Positions 19,818 through 29,152 of a stretch of 37,838 nucleotides of DNA are shown here, piece by piece. Numbering within the stretch: position 1 is the stretch's first letter; the number at the start of each line of letters is the position of its first letter. The notes beneath the pieces are model-generated. The model was not told the DNA's origin. It did no database searches and saw nothing but the letters and a program-made list of their open reading frames with translations. The stretch spans positions 1-37,838 of the forward strand of contig JBNKUM010000012.1 in NCBI GenBank assembly GCA_050298595.1. The letters are read 5' to 3'. A program made the position numbers and the translations under genes. This DNA is from Gammaproteobacteria bacterium. GTDB taxonomy: Bacteria > Pseudomonadota > Gammaproteobacteria > GCA-001735895.

Positions 19818-20168
19818 AATTTCCTTCTGGCTAAGTGATGAGGTGATATCGCCCTATAACAATACTTACGGTTTAGAATAGTGTTACAGATGATAATCAC
19901 ATGAAAGCTGTGTATTCATCGTTACGGCTAGATTTTTACAGCTAAACCGTTAATTTAGTGTTAATTCCAGATGCGTTTTGCTTAATTGATGGTCGTTAAT
20001 AGATCCGGGTCACAAAATAAATTGTTCTCTGGTAGCAGATGGGCAAGGGGATACTTTTAATTCTGATTCGAATTGATTAATCGCAGAAAACAACGAGAGT
20101 CTGGAGAATTATACACCTTGATTCTGATTTTAAGATAAAATCCAGACTCAAATTTTCCGGTGCATTAC

Positions 20169-20675
20169 ATGAAACTTAGAGAAATCGATAAAACTAGATA
20201 TAGAAAACATCTTAAAATGGTTTTTGCAGCCATTGTTTTTGTCATGGTCATTATTTCACTAATAGCTTCACAGCTGTTAATTATGTTTTTCAGTACCCCT
20301 GAGGCTTCTCATTTTTATCATAATCTGGCTGGTGTCATCGTTGCTGGTGTGATTACAGTACTGGGTTTAAAGCGTTTACGAACGCATCCTTTTATGGATG
20401 AGGTTGTATATGTATGGGATCTTAAATACCAGCTAAATCGTATCTACCGCAAACAGCATAAGATCGAACCGCTGCTTGAGGAGAATAATATCAATGCCAT
20501 GATCATCATGAACTTTATGTATAAAGGTTCTCAACAGCTGTATACGCTGGATGACAATACCATCACTATTGATGCCCTGTTAGCAAAGTCTCTGGCGCTG
20601 GATACGCGTATCAAAGAAGCTAACCTGACTATATCAACCGATGATTTTGATCAGTCTATGCTGGCTGAGTTTTAA
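20169..20675 (+). CDS. DUF3087-family membrane protein
   Basis: MKL.EIDK.RYRKHL, two TM helices, HPFM.EV.YVWDLK.QLNRIYRK and Y.LDDNTIT motifs. Confidence 0.85.
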   Translation: MKLREIDKTRYRKHLKMVFAAIVFVMVIISLIASQLLIMFFSTPEASHFYHNLAGVIVAGVITVLGLKRLRTHPFMDEVVYVWDLKYQLNRIYRKQHKIEPLLEENNINAMIIMNFMYKGSQQLYTLDDNTITIDALLAKSLALDTRIKEANLTISTDDFDQSMLAEF

Positions 20676-20828
20676 CCTGTCAGCACAAAATATTGAGTCA
20701 GGAAACTGTTTTTCTGGCTAACAGATGTAGATTTTATGTATTAACCGATCTATGATTTTTTACTCGGTTGATAAAGTCTAAATCAACACATTAACGGCAT
20801 TTACCTTACTGTATTCTCAGGAGCTTAA

Positions 20829-22097
20829 ATGGACAAAACTGCAAAACTGATTCTCGATGGCGTTGAGTATGAATTCCCCGTAGTGGTTGGTAGTGAAGGC
20901 GAAAGGGCTATTGATATCTCGACTCTTCGCATGCTTACCGGGCACATCACACTGGACCCTGGTTTTGGGAATACTGGTAGCTGTCGTAGCTCGATCACCT
21001 ATACCGATGGCGAAAAAGGGATTCTGCATTATCGGGGAATTCCTATTGAAGAATTTGAATCCTATCCCAACTTTGCGCGTGTTGCCTGGTTGCTGATTTT
21101 TGGCAAGATGCCTGATCAGGAAAACTATCGTAACTTTAGTCATATACTGACCAATAATGCGAATATCGATGAAGATATGAAGCACCACTTTGAAGGCTTT
21201 CCGCGTAGCGCACCTCCGATGGCGGTATTGTCAGCAATGATTTCTACGCTCTCCTGTTTTTATCCTGAGTTCCATCATCTGGATAATCGACAGGAATTTC
21301 AGCAGGCAGCTGCACGCCTGATTAGCAAGATTCGAACGCTGGCCGCTTATACCTACCGTAGATCTATGGGTCTGCCCTATATCTATCCCGATCCGAATCT
21401 ACCCTATGCTTCTAATTTTCTGCATATGATGTTTTCGCAGCCTTATCAACCTTATGTTGCAGATCCTGCGGTGATAGAAGCGCTCAATCTGATTTTGATA
21501 CTACATGCCGATCATGAACAGAACTGCAGTACTTCAACGGTGCGTATGGTCGGTTCCAGCCAGGCGAATTTATATGTGTCCTGCGCCGCTGGAGTGAATG
21601 CCTTATGGGGTTCGTTGCATGGCGGAGCTAATGTTAAGGTCATTGAAATGCTGGAAGCCATTCATCAGAATGATTTAACACCTGAACAATACGTTGCACA
21701 GGCAAAAGATAAAAATAATTCAATCCGCCTGATGGGTTTTGGTCATAGGGTCTATAAAAGCTTTGATCCGCGAGCAAAATTACTTAAGAAGGTGAGCGAG
21801 CGCTTTTTATTAGGAATGGGGATTAAAAATGATCCATTACTGGAGATAGCACAGAGTCTGGAACAGATTGCACTGAACGATGATTATTTTATCGAGCGTA
21901 ACCTGTATCCCAATGTGGATTTTTACAGCGGTATTATTCTGCGTGCGATAGGTATACCTACTAATATGTTTACCGTACTGTTTGCCATTGGACGACTGCC
22001 GGGCTGGATTGCGCACTGGTACGAACAAAACGGAGACCCTGATGCCCGTATTGCGCGTCCGCGTCAGGTTTATATTGGTACCCCATTGATACGCTAA
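20829..22097 (+). CDS. gltA: Citrate synthase
   Basis: DPGF.NT.SC.S.IT, LHADHEQNCSTSTVR, LHGGAN, LMGFGHRVYK, YPNVDFYSG and RPRQ.Y.G motifs. Confidence 0.97.
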   Translation: MDKTAKLILDGVEYEFPVVVGSEGERAIDISTLRMLTGHITLDPGFGNTGSCRSSITYTDGEKGILHYRGIPIEEFESYPNFARVAWLLIFGKMPDQENYRNFSHILTNNANIDEDMKHHFEGFPRSAPPMAVLSAMISTLSCFYPEFHHLDNRQEFQQAAARLISKIRTLAAYTYRRSMGLPYIYPDPNLPYASNFLHMMFSQPYQPYVADPAVIEALNLILILHADHEQNCSTSTVRMVGSSQANLYVSCAAGVNALWGSLHGGANVKVIEMLEAIHQNDLTPEQYVAQAKDKNNSIRLMGFGHRVYKSFDPRAKLLKKVSERFLLGMGIKNDPLLEIAQSLEQIALNDDYFIERNLYPNVDFYSGIILRAIGIPTNMFTVLFAIGRLPGWIAHWYEQNGDPDARIARPRQVYIGTPLIR

Positions 22098-22185
22098 CGA
22101 GGCTTACGTATCAACACTGAAAAACAAATAGGGGGCATAGAGGTTTGCCTCTACAGCAAAAAATATGACCCTCGACTAGAAAGTC

Positions 22186-22268
22186 TAATTAACCACGAAG
22201 CATACCAAGGTCACGAAGATTAATAGAGGTTTTCTTCGTCTTTCTATGTGCTTCCTGGATTCCAGGTT
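22186..22268. repeat. AACCACGAAG-type palindromic repeat, copy A
   Basis: TAATTAACCACGAAG...CACGAAGATTAA...TCTTCGT; homologous to copies at 28504, 33723 and 34894. Confidence 0.8.
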
Positions 22269-22278
22269 CAACGACTGT

Positions 22279-23904
22279 TTAAGCCGAGCCAGCTGATAAT
22301 TTATCCAGATATCTCCGGATATCCTCAACATACTTATCGTATTGATTTCCCAGTAGCTGCTTTAATTCATCATCCGTGACAAAACCAATATTTTCTCGGT
22401 AGGCATTCTTGCTCAGCCTCAGTCGTTCCTGAGAAGCAAAAATTGCATCAATATCAGGCATCGGTTTTATATCGTCCTGATTGACCTGCTCAAGTCTTTC
22501 TTTGTGCGCTGTAACTATATCTTTAAGTGAGGTGTCAACTGGGAGAGTCAACATATCGATTGAGTCACCCGCAGCAAAAGGATTTAACTCGCCCGTATTA
22601 TTCGTAATGATAAATCCTCCAGAGGTTGTTTCGCTTTCCAGCTCAAGAATTCGAGCAGCTTTCCATTTTCCTTGCAACAGCAATAGCAGCCAGGGTAAAA
22701 AAGAAGGTTTAAGGGGCTTGATCTCAAATGCCGCCGCGCTTATTTTTTGATCATCAGAGTTGAAAATACGTAGTAAAATACGCTTACCTAACTGTTGGTT
22801 AAGTCCTTTGGCTTCAAAGTCACCAAGAGATTGGAAACCATAATGACTGATTTCCTTTTCTGCTCTGGCGCAGAATTTTTGTGCAGATTTTTCGTAACGT
22901 GATTTATCTGTTGCTGTGAAATCCGCATATGGCTCACGCGCATTCTTTAGAATATCCTGAGCAATACTCAAGGCGATCATTTGCTCAGGATCATCATCGA
23001 TCTCTTCGAGCATTGAAAACATGTCTTCACCTTCAGCCATTTGACCAGCCATTGCATCCAGCAAATTATTGGCCATAAGTTCATCCTGTGAGAGCTCACC
23101 CGCATCGTCAATATCGATCAAACCTTCGCGCAATATATTGGCAAATTTTTTGTGCTCGTTATTGCCACCATTCAGGCAGTCGTCTCTCTGCTCCTGAATG
23201 AAATCCCGAAATGATTCGCTATCAGCATCCAGAGAGTTCAACGCGTCATCGAAATCGGAGATGGCTTTGTCAAAATCCTGCAATTGTTTATACAGCCTGG
23301 CGCGTTTGAGGCTTAACTGCCAGTTCGTTGTGCCAGGTTCTATCGCATCGCTCAGATCTTTGACAGCCTGTTTTAAGGGAGTAACCGCATAACTCATTCC
23401 GATAACGTTCTTTACCTGTTCCTCGTCAGGCTGAGGGATATAGGATATGGATTCATAAATGGATGCACGCTCAATCAGCAGGCCTGTTTTATGATCAGGA
23501 TACTTCTCGATGGTTTGATCAATAAAAGACCGCATCTCCTCGAGTCGATTCGAATACGCGAGTAAATATGATTTCTGAATCATCAGAGAAATATCGTCCT
23601 GGATATGCGAAAGCCCTTTTTCAATGACCAGCAGAGCGTTGCTCAGGTCATCCTGATGGTAGTAGTTATTGGATAAACGGATCCATAGTTCACGATCCTG
23701 TGGATTAAGTCTGATAGCCTTGGTCAGCATGCCACGGGCATTTTCCCACTGTTCAAGATATTCGAATGAAGTGGCGACTTCTATGATTACATCCAGATTA
23801 GCAGGATTTGATTTGAACAGAGGCTTGAGTATTTTTATTGCGGCTTTTGGGTTATCGTTCTGATTGAGTTCCATAGCCTTTTCTAATTGAGTGTGAATGT
23901 CCAT
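22279..23904 (-). CDS. TPR-repeat protein with an uncharacterised C-terminal domain
   Basis: TPR patterns (A..ML.KAIRLNP.D..LW; RARLY.QL.DF.KAI.DF..AL). Second Met chosen for its GGA RBS. Confidence 0.85.
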   Translation of the reverse strand: MDIHTQLEKAMELNQNDNPKAAIKILKPLFKSNPANLDVIIEVATSFEYLEQWENARGMLTKAIRLNPQDRELWIRLSNNYYHQDDLSNALLVIEKGLSHIQDDISLMIQKSYLLAYSNRLEEMRSFIDQTIEKYPDHKTGLLIERASIYESISYIPQPDEEQVKNVIGMSYAVTPLKQAVKDLSDAIEPGTTNWQLSLKRARLYKQLQDFDKAISDFDDALNSLDADSESFRDFIQEQRDDCLNGGNNEHKKFANILREGLIDIDDAGELSQDELMANNLLDAMAGQMAEGEDMFSMLEEIDDDPEQMIALSIAQDILKNAREPYADFTATDKSRYEKSAQKFCARAEKEISHYGFQSLGDFEAKGLNQQLGKRILLRIFNSDDQKISAAAFEIKPLKPSFLPWLLLLLQGKWKAARILELESETTSGGFIITNNTGELNPFAAGDSIDMLTLPVDTSLKDIVTAHKERLEQVNQDDIKPMPDIDAIFASQERLRLSKNAYRENIGFVTDDELKQLLGNQYDKYVEDIRRYLDKLSAGSA

Positions 23905-24049
23905 ATAGCATTCCATATATAAATTTTCTGGTAATTTATAGCATGAAGCGTTCTGACAGGATAGCTTATATTAATTGAAGAAGGCTCAAGGTTCGGGTGT
24001 TTTTTAGCTACACAATATGAGAATGTTAAGATCATCAGGTAAGGGGGCG

Positions 24050-24165
24050 ATGCCTCAGGCAGCCATCAGTCAAAGTACACCATGCCCCCATTAAATCAGC
24101 GCCACGGTCCTGAACAGACACTCCTTTACCTGTTAGTCTAAGGTCTGAGCAGCAGGGAAAACTGA
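24050..24165 (+). mobile_element. IS91/ISCR-like transposase N-terminal remnant
   Basis: QRHGPEQTLLYLLV*...EQQGK resembles the YxRHxPEQTLLYQLV..LEAQG start of IS91-like rolling-circle transposases; has an RBS and ATG followed by a frameshift and stops. Confidence 0.55.
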
Positions 24166-24377
24166 TCTCACTAGCGATAGGACCTCATGTTGAATTGTTG
24201 AGCCAGGGGGAGTTTTAAAGTCACGTTGATTTCATCTCAACATGACTTCGTTTGCGCTATTGACTGGGAGCGGCTAATGAGTAGAGATAACTAAGAGTAT
24301 CGTACGACAAAAAGCTTATATCGTTTTTATCTACGCTGTTTTGCTAATTGTAAGGCAGCTGCCAACCATCTATATTA

Positions 24378-24483
24378 AACCTGAATCCGTAGCTTCATGT
24401 CGCTCCCTGACGCAAGTTATTGATCCCACGGTGGAATCAATCTCTTACGCCATGAACTCGCCCTGAAACCACGGATTCAGGTT
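24378..24483. mobile_element. 106-bp MITE-like element with 20-bp terminal inverted repeats
   Basis: AACCTGAATCCGTAGCTTCA ... TGAAACCACGGATTCAGGTT (18/20 match), with a central hairpin TTGATCCCAC-g-GTGGAATCAA. Confidence 0.75.
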
Positions 24484-24757
24484 AAATACATAGCTTTGCC
24501 TGGCTGATGAGATCAGGTCTGTCTATGCGCAATACCAGATGGAGTGTTCAAATTATTTATCGAAGTCAACAGTCATAGCCCCGCTTGCTATCCTCAAGAC
24601 TGGTTGTTCTACATATCCTCGGAGATGAATCGATATGTAATTGCTCACGTCAACGACAAGAAGTTTCGAGAGGCCACATGTAACTTAAGAATCTAACATT
24701 ACAGAAATCGACCTGTTTGAGGGCCAACATCCAGATAATAACATTAGAGGAACACAT

Positions 24758-26479
24758 ATGAAAAAAACAGCACTAGTTCGAAGCGTGCTGCTCGGCATCG
24801 CCTGTCTCGCAATAACTTCCGCCCAGGCCGCAGACGGAACCTTCTCAACACTTGCCTACAACGTTGCTGGACTCCCGCAGGTAATCTCTAGCGCCGCCGG
24901 CGACCGCGCTGCAGCCACCGCACTCATTAGTTGCTACGTCAAGCAGTTCGATATTGTCAATGTGCAGGAGGACTTCAACTACCACTCTGCGCTTTATGAC
25001 AGTTGCGACGATCATCCCTTTCGCTCGCCGACATCGGGCGGCGTCGTTTTCGGCAGCGGCCTTAACTCGCTGAGCCGCTTCCCTTACATGGACTGGGAGC
25101 GTGTCAGTTGGAACGCCTGCAACGGTGTTGACTGTCTGACGCCCAAGGGCTTCACCATGGCCCGCACCCGTCTTGCCGAGGGCGTTTATGTCGATATCTA
25201 CAATTTGCACGCTCAGGCCCAGACAGCTGACGCCGACCTCGATGCCCGACGCAAAAACCTGTTGCAACTATTAGGCTATATCGAGCAAAACTCAGCTGGC
25301 AATGCAGTCATCGTCATGGGCGATACCAATACACGCTATACTCGCAGTGGCGACAACATCCGGGAATTTTTACACCATGGCTTCACCGATGTCTGGGTGA
25401 GTCGGCTGCGAAATGGCGCTATCCCGGTTGCCGGTGCGGCTGCCTTGACCTGCGATCCTGCTGTCACCAGCCCCGATTGTGAAGTGGTCGACAAGATCAT
25501 GGTACGCGACAATGGTTTTCTTGGCCTGAGAGGCAAGGATTACCGCATCGCCACGGATGCGCTGGATGCCAATGGCATCGAACTCTCCGACCATCGCGGC
25601 ATCGCCGCCAACTGGCGCTACTCGACCGCGAGCAATCGCCAACTCAGTGACCAGATCGGTGGACCACACGGCCAGGCCTTTAACGATGTCTCTTTGCTGC
25701 CGGCTAATCCAGTCGTGCGTGATCTGAAGATCCGAGCCGGCGATCGTGTGGATCATGTCGAGACAGTCCTATCCAACGGCTATCCCTTCGGTCACGGCGG
25801 CACGGGCGGTTACGAGCAGACGCTGACGCTGGCAACCGGAGAATACCTCACCTCCGCTTATCTCTGTTCCGGCATAGAAAACAACAGCACACGTCTCTTC
25901 TATGCCCAGTTCCTCACCAGTAATGGCCGCAGCCTGGCGGGCGGCTCTACCACGTCCAGTTGCGTGACCTATACGGCACCAGACGGCTGGCAGATTGTCG
26001 CCTTCCATGGTCGTTCGGGAGCTGAGGTCGATAAGCTGGGGGTCGTTTACACGCCTATCACCAACGCGGTGCCACCCGCTGCAACGCCGATGCAGATAGT
26101 CAACCGGCGCTCCGGGCAGTGCCTGGACATCGACCACGCCATTACGGCCGATGGCAGCAATATTATACAGTGGCCTTGCAACGGCGACACCAATCAGCGC
26201 TGGAGCTATGATGACACCAGTGGGCTGATCCGCAGCATGCTGAATCCTCACTACTGTCTCGATAATTCGGGAAGTTATGCCAACGGTGCCAACATCGTGC
26301 TCTGGTCCTGCAACGGCAACAGCAACCAGCGCTTCAAGTTCGATCCGGAAATTGGCAGGATCTCAATGCGCAACTACCCGGCTCAGGTCATTGATGCCTC
26401 GGGCGCGGATGCCGGCGCAAACATCATCACCTGGGTCTTCTGGGCCGGAGATAATCAGCGCTGGAGTATGGCTCGCTGA
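24758..26479 (+). CDS. Secreted EEP-family phosphodiesterase (sphingomyelinase-like) with jacalin-like and ricin-B lectin domains
   Basis: Signal peptide (AQA); intact EEP motifs YNV, VQEDF, NLH, MGDTN, VDKI and SDH; jacalin GG.HG...HGGTGG...FHGRSG.EVDKLG; three QxW ricin repeats. Confidence 0.9.
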   Translation: MKKTALVRSVLLGIACLAITSAQAADGTFSTLAYNVAGLPQVISSAAGDRAAATALISCYVKQFDIVNVQEDFNYHSALYDSCDDHPFRSPTSGGVVFGSGLNSLSRFPYMDWERVSWNACNGVDCLTPKGFTMARTRLAEGVYVDIYNLHAQAQTADADLDARRKNLLQLLGYIEQNSAGNAVIVMGDTNTRYTRSGDNIREFLHHGFTDVWVSRLRNGAIPVAGAAALTCDPAVTSPDCEVVDKIMVRDNGFLGLRGKDYRIATDALDANGIELSDHRGIAANWRYSTASNRQLSDQIGGPHGQAFNDVSLLPANPVVRDLKIRAGDRVDHVETVLSNGYPFGHGGTGGYEQTLTLATGEYLTSAYLCSGIENNSTRLFYAQFLTSNGRSLAGGSTTSSCVTYTAPDGWQIVAFHGRSGAEVDKLGVVYTPITNAVPPAATPMQIVNRRSGQCLDIDHAITADGSNIIQWPCNGDTNQRWSYDDTSGLIRSMLNPHYCLDNSGSYANGANIVLWSCNGNSNQRFKFDPEIGRISMRNYPAQVIDASGADAGANIITWVFWAGDNQRWSMAR

Positions 26480-26569
26480 CTTTAGATCGCTGTTCCCATT
26501 AGTTAGATCTGGAATCAGCAGTAGAACAGGGTGAAGTGTGCGCTTGTGGTGGTAGGAATTGCAACACCG

Positions 26570-26745
26570 CCACAAGTGTGCAATTCACTTTTGATGGAAT
26601 GGTAGATATTGTCAACGATGGCATATAAATTCTGTCGTAAAAATTCTTTTATAGTCACGTGATATAAGAAGTGTCCTGAGTAACCTCCTGGGCCACTATG
26701 GGTATGCGTTGCTGAAAGGAGCACATTATCTACGTTAAAGCAGGG
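26570..26745 (-). pseudogene. Neutral/alkaline ceramidase internal fragment
   Basis: NVLLSATHTHSGPGGYS...LY..T...F..QN..AIVD.I..SI is the Zn-binding/active-site signature of neutral ceramidases; the remainder of the gene is missing. Confidence 0.85.
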
Positions 26746-26849
26746 CAAAAGATCGGGTTGTTGGCAGTTTTTTCGCACACTTTCAGTTTTATCATTTTGA
26801 AAAGCATTCCGAGGTCAGCTCTCACGAAACCACGCCATTTTCACCCCTC

Positions 26850-28040
26850 TTAGAACACCAGAGTCCAGCGCTGATTGCTACCCCCCCAATTCCACCAGGT
26901 GCCCACATTGTCACCTGGACTGGCGCCGTAGCCATCGAGTACCTGGTACGGGTCAATGGCCAGACCGAAAGAGCCATCGCCGTTTTCGACAAAACGCTGC
27001 GAATCTCCGCCATAACAGCTCCAGATTATGATATTGGCACCATTCTCAAATACACTACTATTATCCAGACAGAAACGTGGGTCCCACAGGCTATGGATCT
27101 GACCGTTTGCTTCAAGATACCACTTTTGATTATTACCACCGTTACAATACCACTGCGCGACGTTGGTGCCATTAGTCATCGCGGCACTGGTGATGTCCAG
27201 GCATAAGCCAGATGCGTTATTTACAAATTGAACGAAGCGTTCATTAACACCTGAGTTGGCTGCAATTACATTGGCTTCACTGAATTCCGGGTAGTTAGAG
27301 GGTTTGAATTTGTTCAGGTTATTGCGGAATGAACTGTCACGCATCGGGAGGTTAGCGGAGCCGTAGTCGTAGTTATTCAACAAGGTGCGCATGACCAGAT
27401 TGTTCCAGCCATCACCGGTAAACTCATACCAGCTGATAATGGGCGGTGTAACAAAGGAGCCATATGGATTCTCTGCGGTTTCAGCGGTCTTGGCGAAACG
27501 CATTGCGTGGGTTGCCACGCCTTCCTTGTGGTAAACGATTTTCAGATGACCGTTTTCAAACTCAAGTTGTGAAGCCGCTACAGTCGTCAGATCGCCGTGT
27601 GCACTATAACTGCCATGGGTTACCTCGCCGTTGATAGTCCAAACTACGGCATACTCCCAGTCGTGGCGGTGGCCACTTTTGATGCCGTTAAATATCTGGT
27701 CTTTTTCAAAATAGAGCGCATAAAAGTGACCGCAATAGATGGCGCCGCCAACTTCAGTGCAGGCGTAACGGTGAATTGTATTTGAGAGTTCCAGAAAATT
27801 GGATGAACGACAACTACCGGTCAAACCGCCGGAAGGATTCAGGCCACCGTTGCGATCACCGTTACGACTGATACCGGCTGCAGGCAGACAGCTGTCACTG
27901 TCAAAATCAAACACTGGAGCAATGGACGCGGCATCTATCTGATTGGGTAAGGCTTGATTAAGACCGATGAAATCACTTGCGTAGACAATGGTCGACAGAG
28001 TTGCACATACGAGCGCAAGTAAACGTATTTTCTGTGTCAT
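26850..28040 (-). CDS. Necrosis-inducing NPP1/NLP-family protein (type 2) fused to a ricin-B lectin
   Basis: Signal peptide; APVFDFD.D.C.P, YALYFEKDQ, heptapeptide GHRHDWE, SAHG and YHK motifs; four Cys in the NPP1 domain; C-terminal QxW repeats. Confidence 0.95.
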   Translation of the reverse strand: MTQKIRLLALVCATLSTIVYASDFIGLNQALPNQIDAASIAPVFDFDSDSCLPAAGISRNGDRNGGLNPSGGLTGSCRSSNFLELSNTIHRYACTEVGGAIYCGHFYALYFEKDQIFNGIKSGHRHDWEYAVVWTINGEVTHGSYSAHGDLTTVAASQLEFENGHLKIVYHKEGVATHAMRFAKTAETAENPYGSFVTPPIISWYEFTGDGWNNLVMRTLLNNYDYGSANLPMRDSSFRNNLNKFKPSNYPEFSEANVIAANSGVNERFVQFVNNASGLCLDITSAAMTNGTNVAQWYCNGGNNQKWYLEANGQIHSLWDPRFCLDNSSVFENGANIIIWSCYGGDSQRFVENGDGSFGLAIDPYQVLDGYGASPGDNVGTWWNWGGSNQRWTLVF

Positions 28041-28295
28041 GGATTCTCCTAGATGGATTTAGGGCATAATTTGTGAACACTTCCTGTGATTTAATTATTC
28101 AAAATAAATTGATTTATGTATATTGAAATTATTCGCTTTATTGAGTCAGCTATCTGAGACTTATTGGTAGCGAAGAATGAGCAAATTATGGATATTTTAG
28201 AAATTCGAATTCAAAGATTTTTGCTATTGCTCATGGTGTTTAACCGGGTTATAAGTCTATTTTTTTAGAGCATATTTATTTAATGCACTGGAATT

Positions 28296-28383
28296 GGGGG
28301 CAGGGTGAATATCTGATCCTTCAGCCTGACGCCAGGCGCCTGTGTACGTGATAAATTGAGAATAAAAATTTGACCTGAGCCTC
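28296..28383. repeat. Degenerate GGGG(T)CAG-type REP-like inverted pair
   Basis: GGGGGCAGGGTGAAT ... ATTTGACCTGAGCCTC. Confidence 0.35.
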
Positions 28384-28503
28384 AACTCCGGGTCTCATTC
28401 AGTCAATTTATCAACAAAGTTGAAATGGCTCGCATGTGTCTTGTTTTTTGTAGGAGGTGGTGAGGGATGAATCGCATCACCTTGGATTCATGTTTCGAGT
28501 TCA

Positions 28504-28565
28504 TAATTAACTACGAAGAACACGAAGGACACGAAGATTAAAAAATGTTTATCTTCGTGTGCTCA
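28504..28565. repeat. AACCACGAAG-type palindromic repeat, copy B
   Basis: TAATTAACTACGAAGAACACGAAGGACACGAAGATTAA...TCTTCGTGTGCT. Confidence 0.8.
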
Positions 28566-28654
28566 TGCGATCACAACCCGGCCCATGCTCAATGTGTATC
28601 TTGAACATAAGCAAAGACCTAACCCGTAGATCTCTTTATGCTTCAAAATACAGT

Positions 28655-29152
28655 TTATATGTCATAACGTTCAACCGTGACGAGTACAAGTCCCCCGAGT
28701 GGTTGAGTCGATACCTGCAGCGTGCGATCTTCTGTCTTCGTATGCCTTTTGGTCGTCAGTACGGTTTCAACTGCGCGATGCTCGGTACCTGTCTCAAAAG
28801 TATCAACAATCGCGTGCTTTATCGTGCAGCCATCACAGTTGATATCCTTGCCGCATCCCGCTGCGGTAAAAGAGTGAATACAATCGAATACCTCACCACC
28901 ACGATGGGCTTCGACCTGACACAATTCTTTACCAAAAACCTCCAAAGCTCGGTTATTGGCGGTAACAACTTGCCTGGGTTCTCGTTGCATTAAAAGTACC
29001 GGAGCATCGATAGATTCAAGTAACTCTGTCTTATGGTCGCTGCTGAGTATTTCTATGCTGCAGGCCTCACATAGTGTGCCTACGCTGCCTGTATGCTGAA
29101 CTACAGTTTTCGAAATCAGAGCTTGTTTGCATACCGCGCAATTATTCGACAT
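28655..29152 (-). CDS. Cys-rich PAS-like protein
   Basis: Likely start MSNNCAVC (29152), overlapping the CMD stop. CxxC..CxxC knuckle, PAS-like LLESIDAPVLL...VVTANNRA, and GGEVFDC.HS...GCG....C..C. Confidence 0.7.
   Translation of the reverse strand: MSNNCAVCKQALISKTVVQHTGSVGTLCEACSIEILSSDHKTELLESIDAPVLLMQREPRQVVTANNRALEVFGKELCQVEAHRGGEVFDCIHSFTAAGCGKDINCDGCTIKHAIVDTFETGTEHRAVETVLTTKRHTKTEDRTLQVSTQPLGGLVLVTVERYDI

Noticed and set aside
24300-24340. oriIS end of the IS91-like remnant
   Set aside because: Only a vague resemblance to IS91/ISCR termini; too degenerate to call.
24845-26575. Minus-strand ORFs within the EEP-lectin gene
   Set aside because: Antisense shadows of a GC-rich gene with clear motifs on the plus strand.
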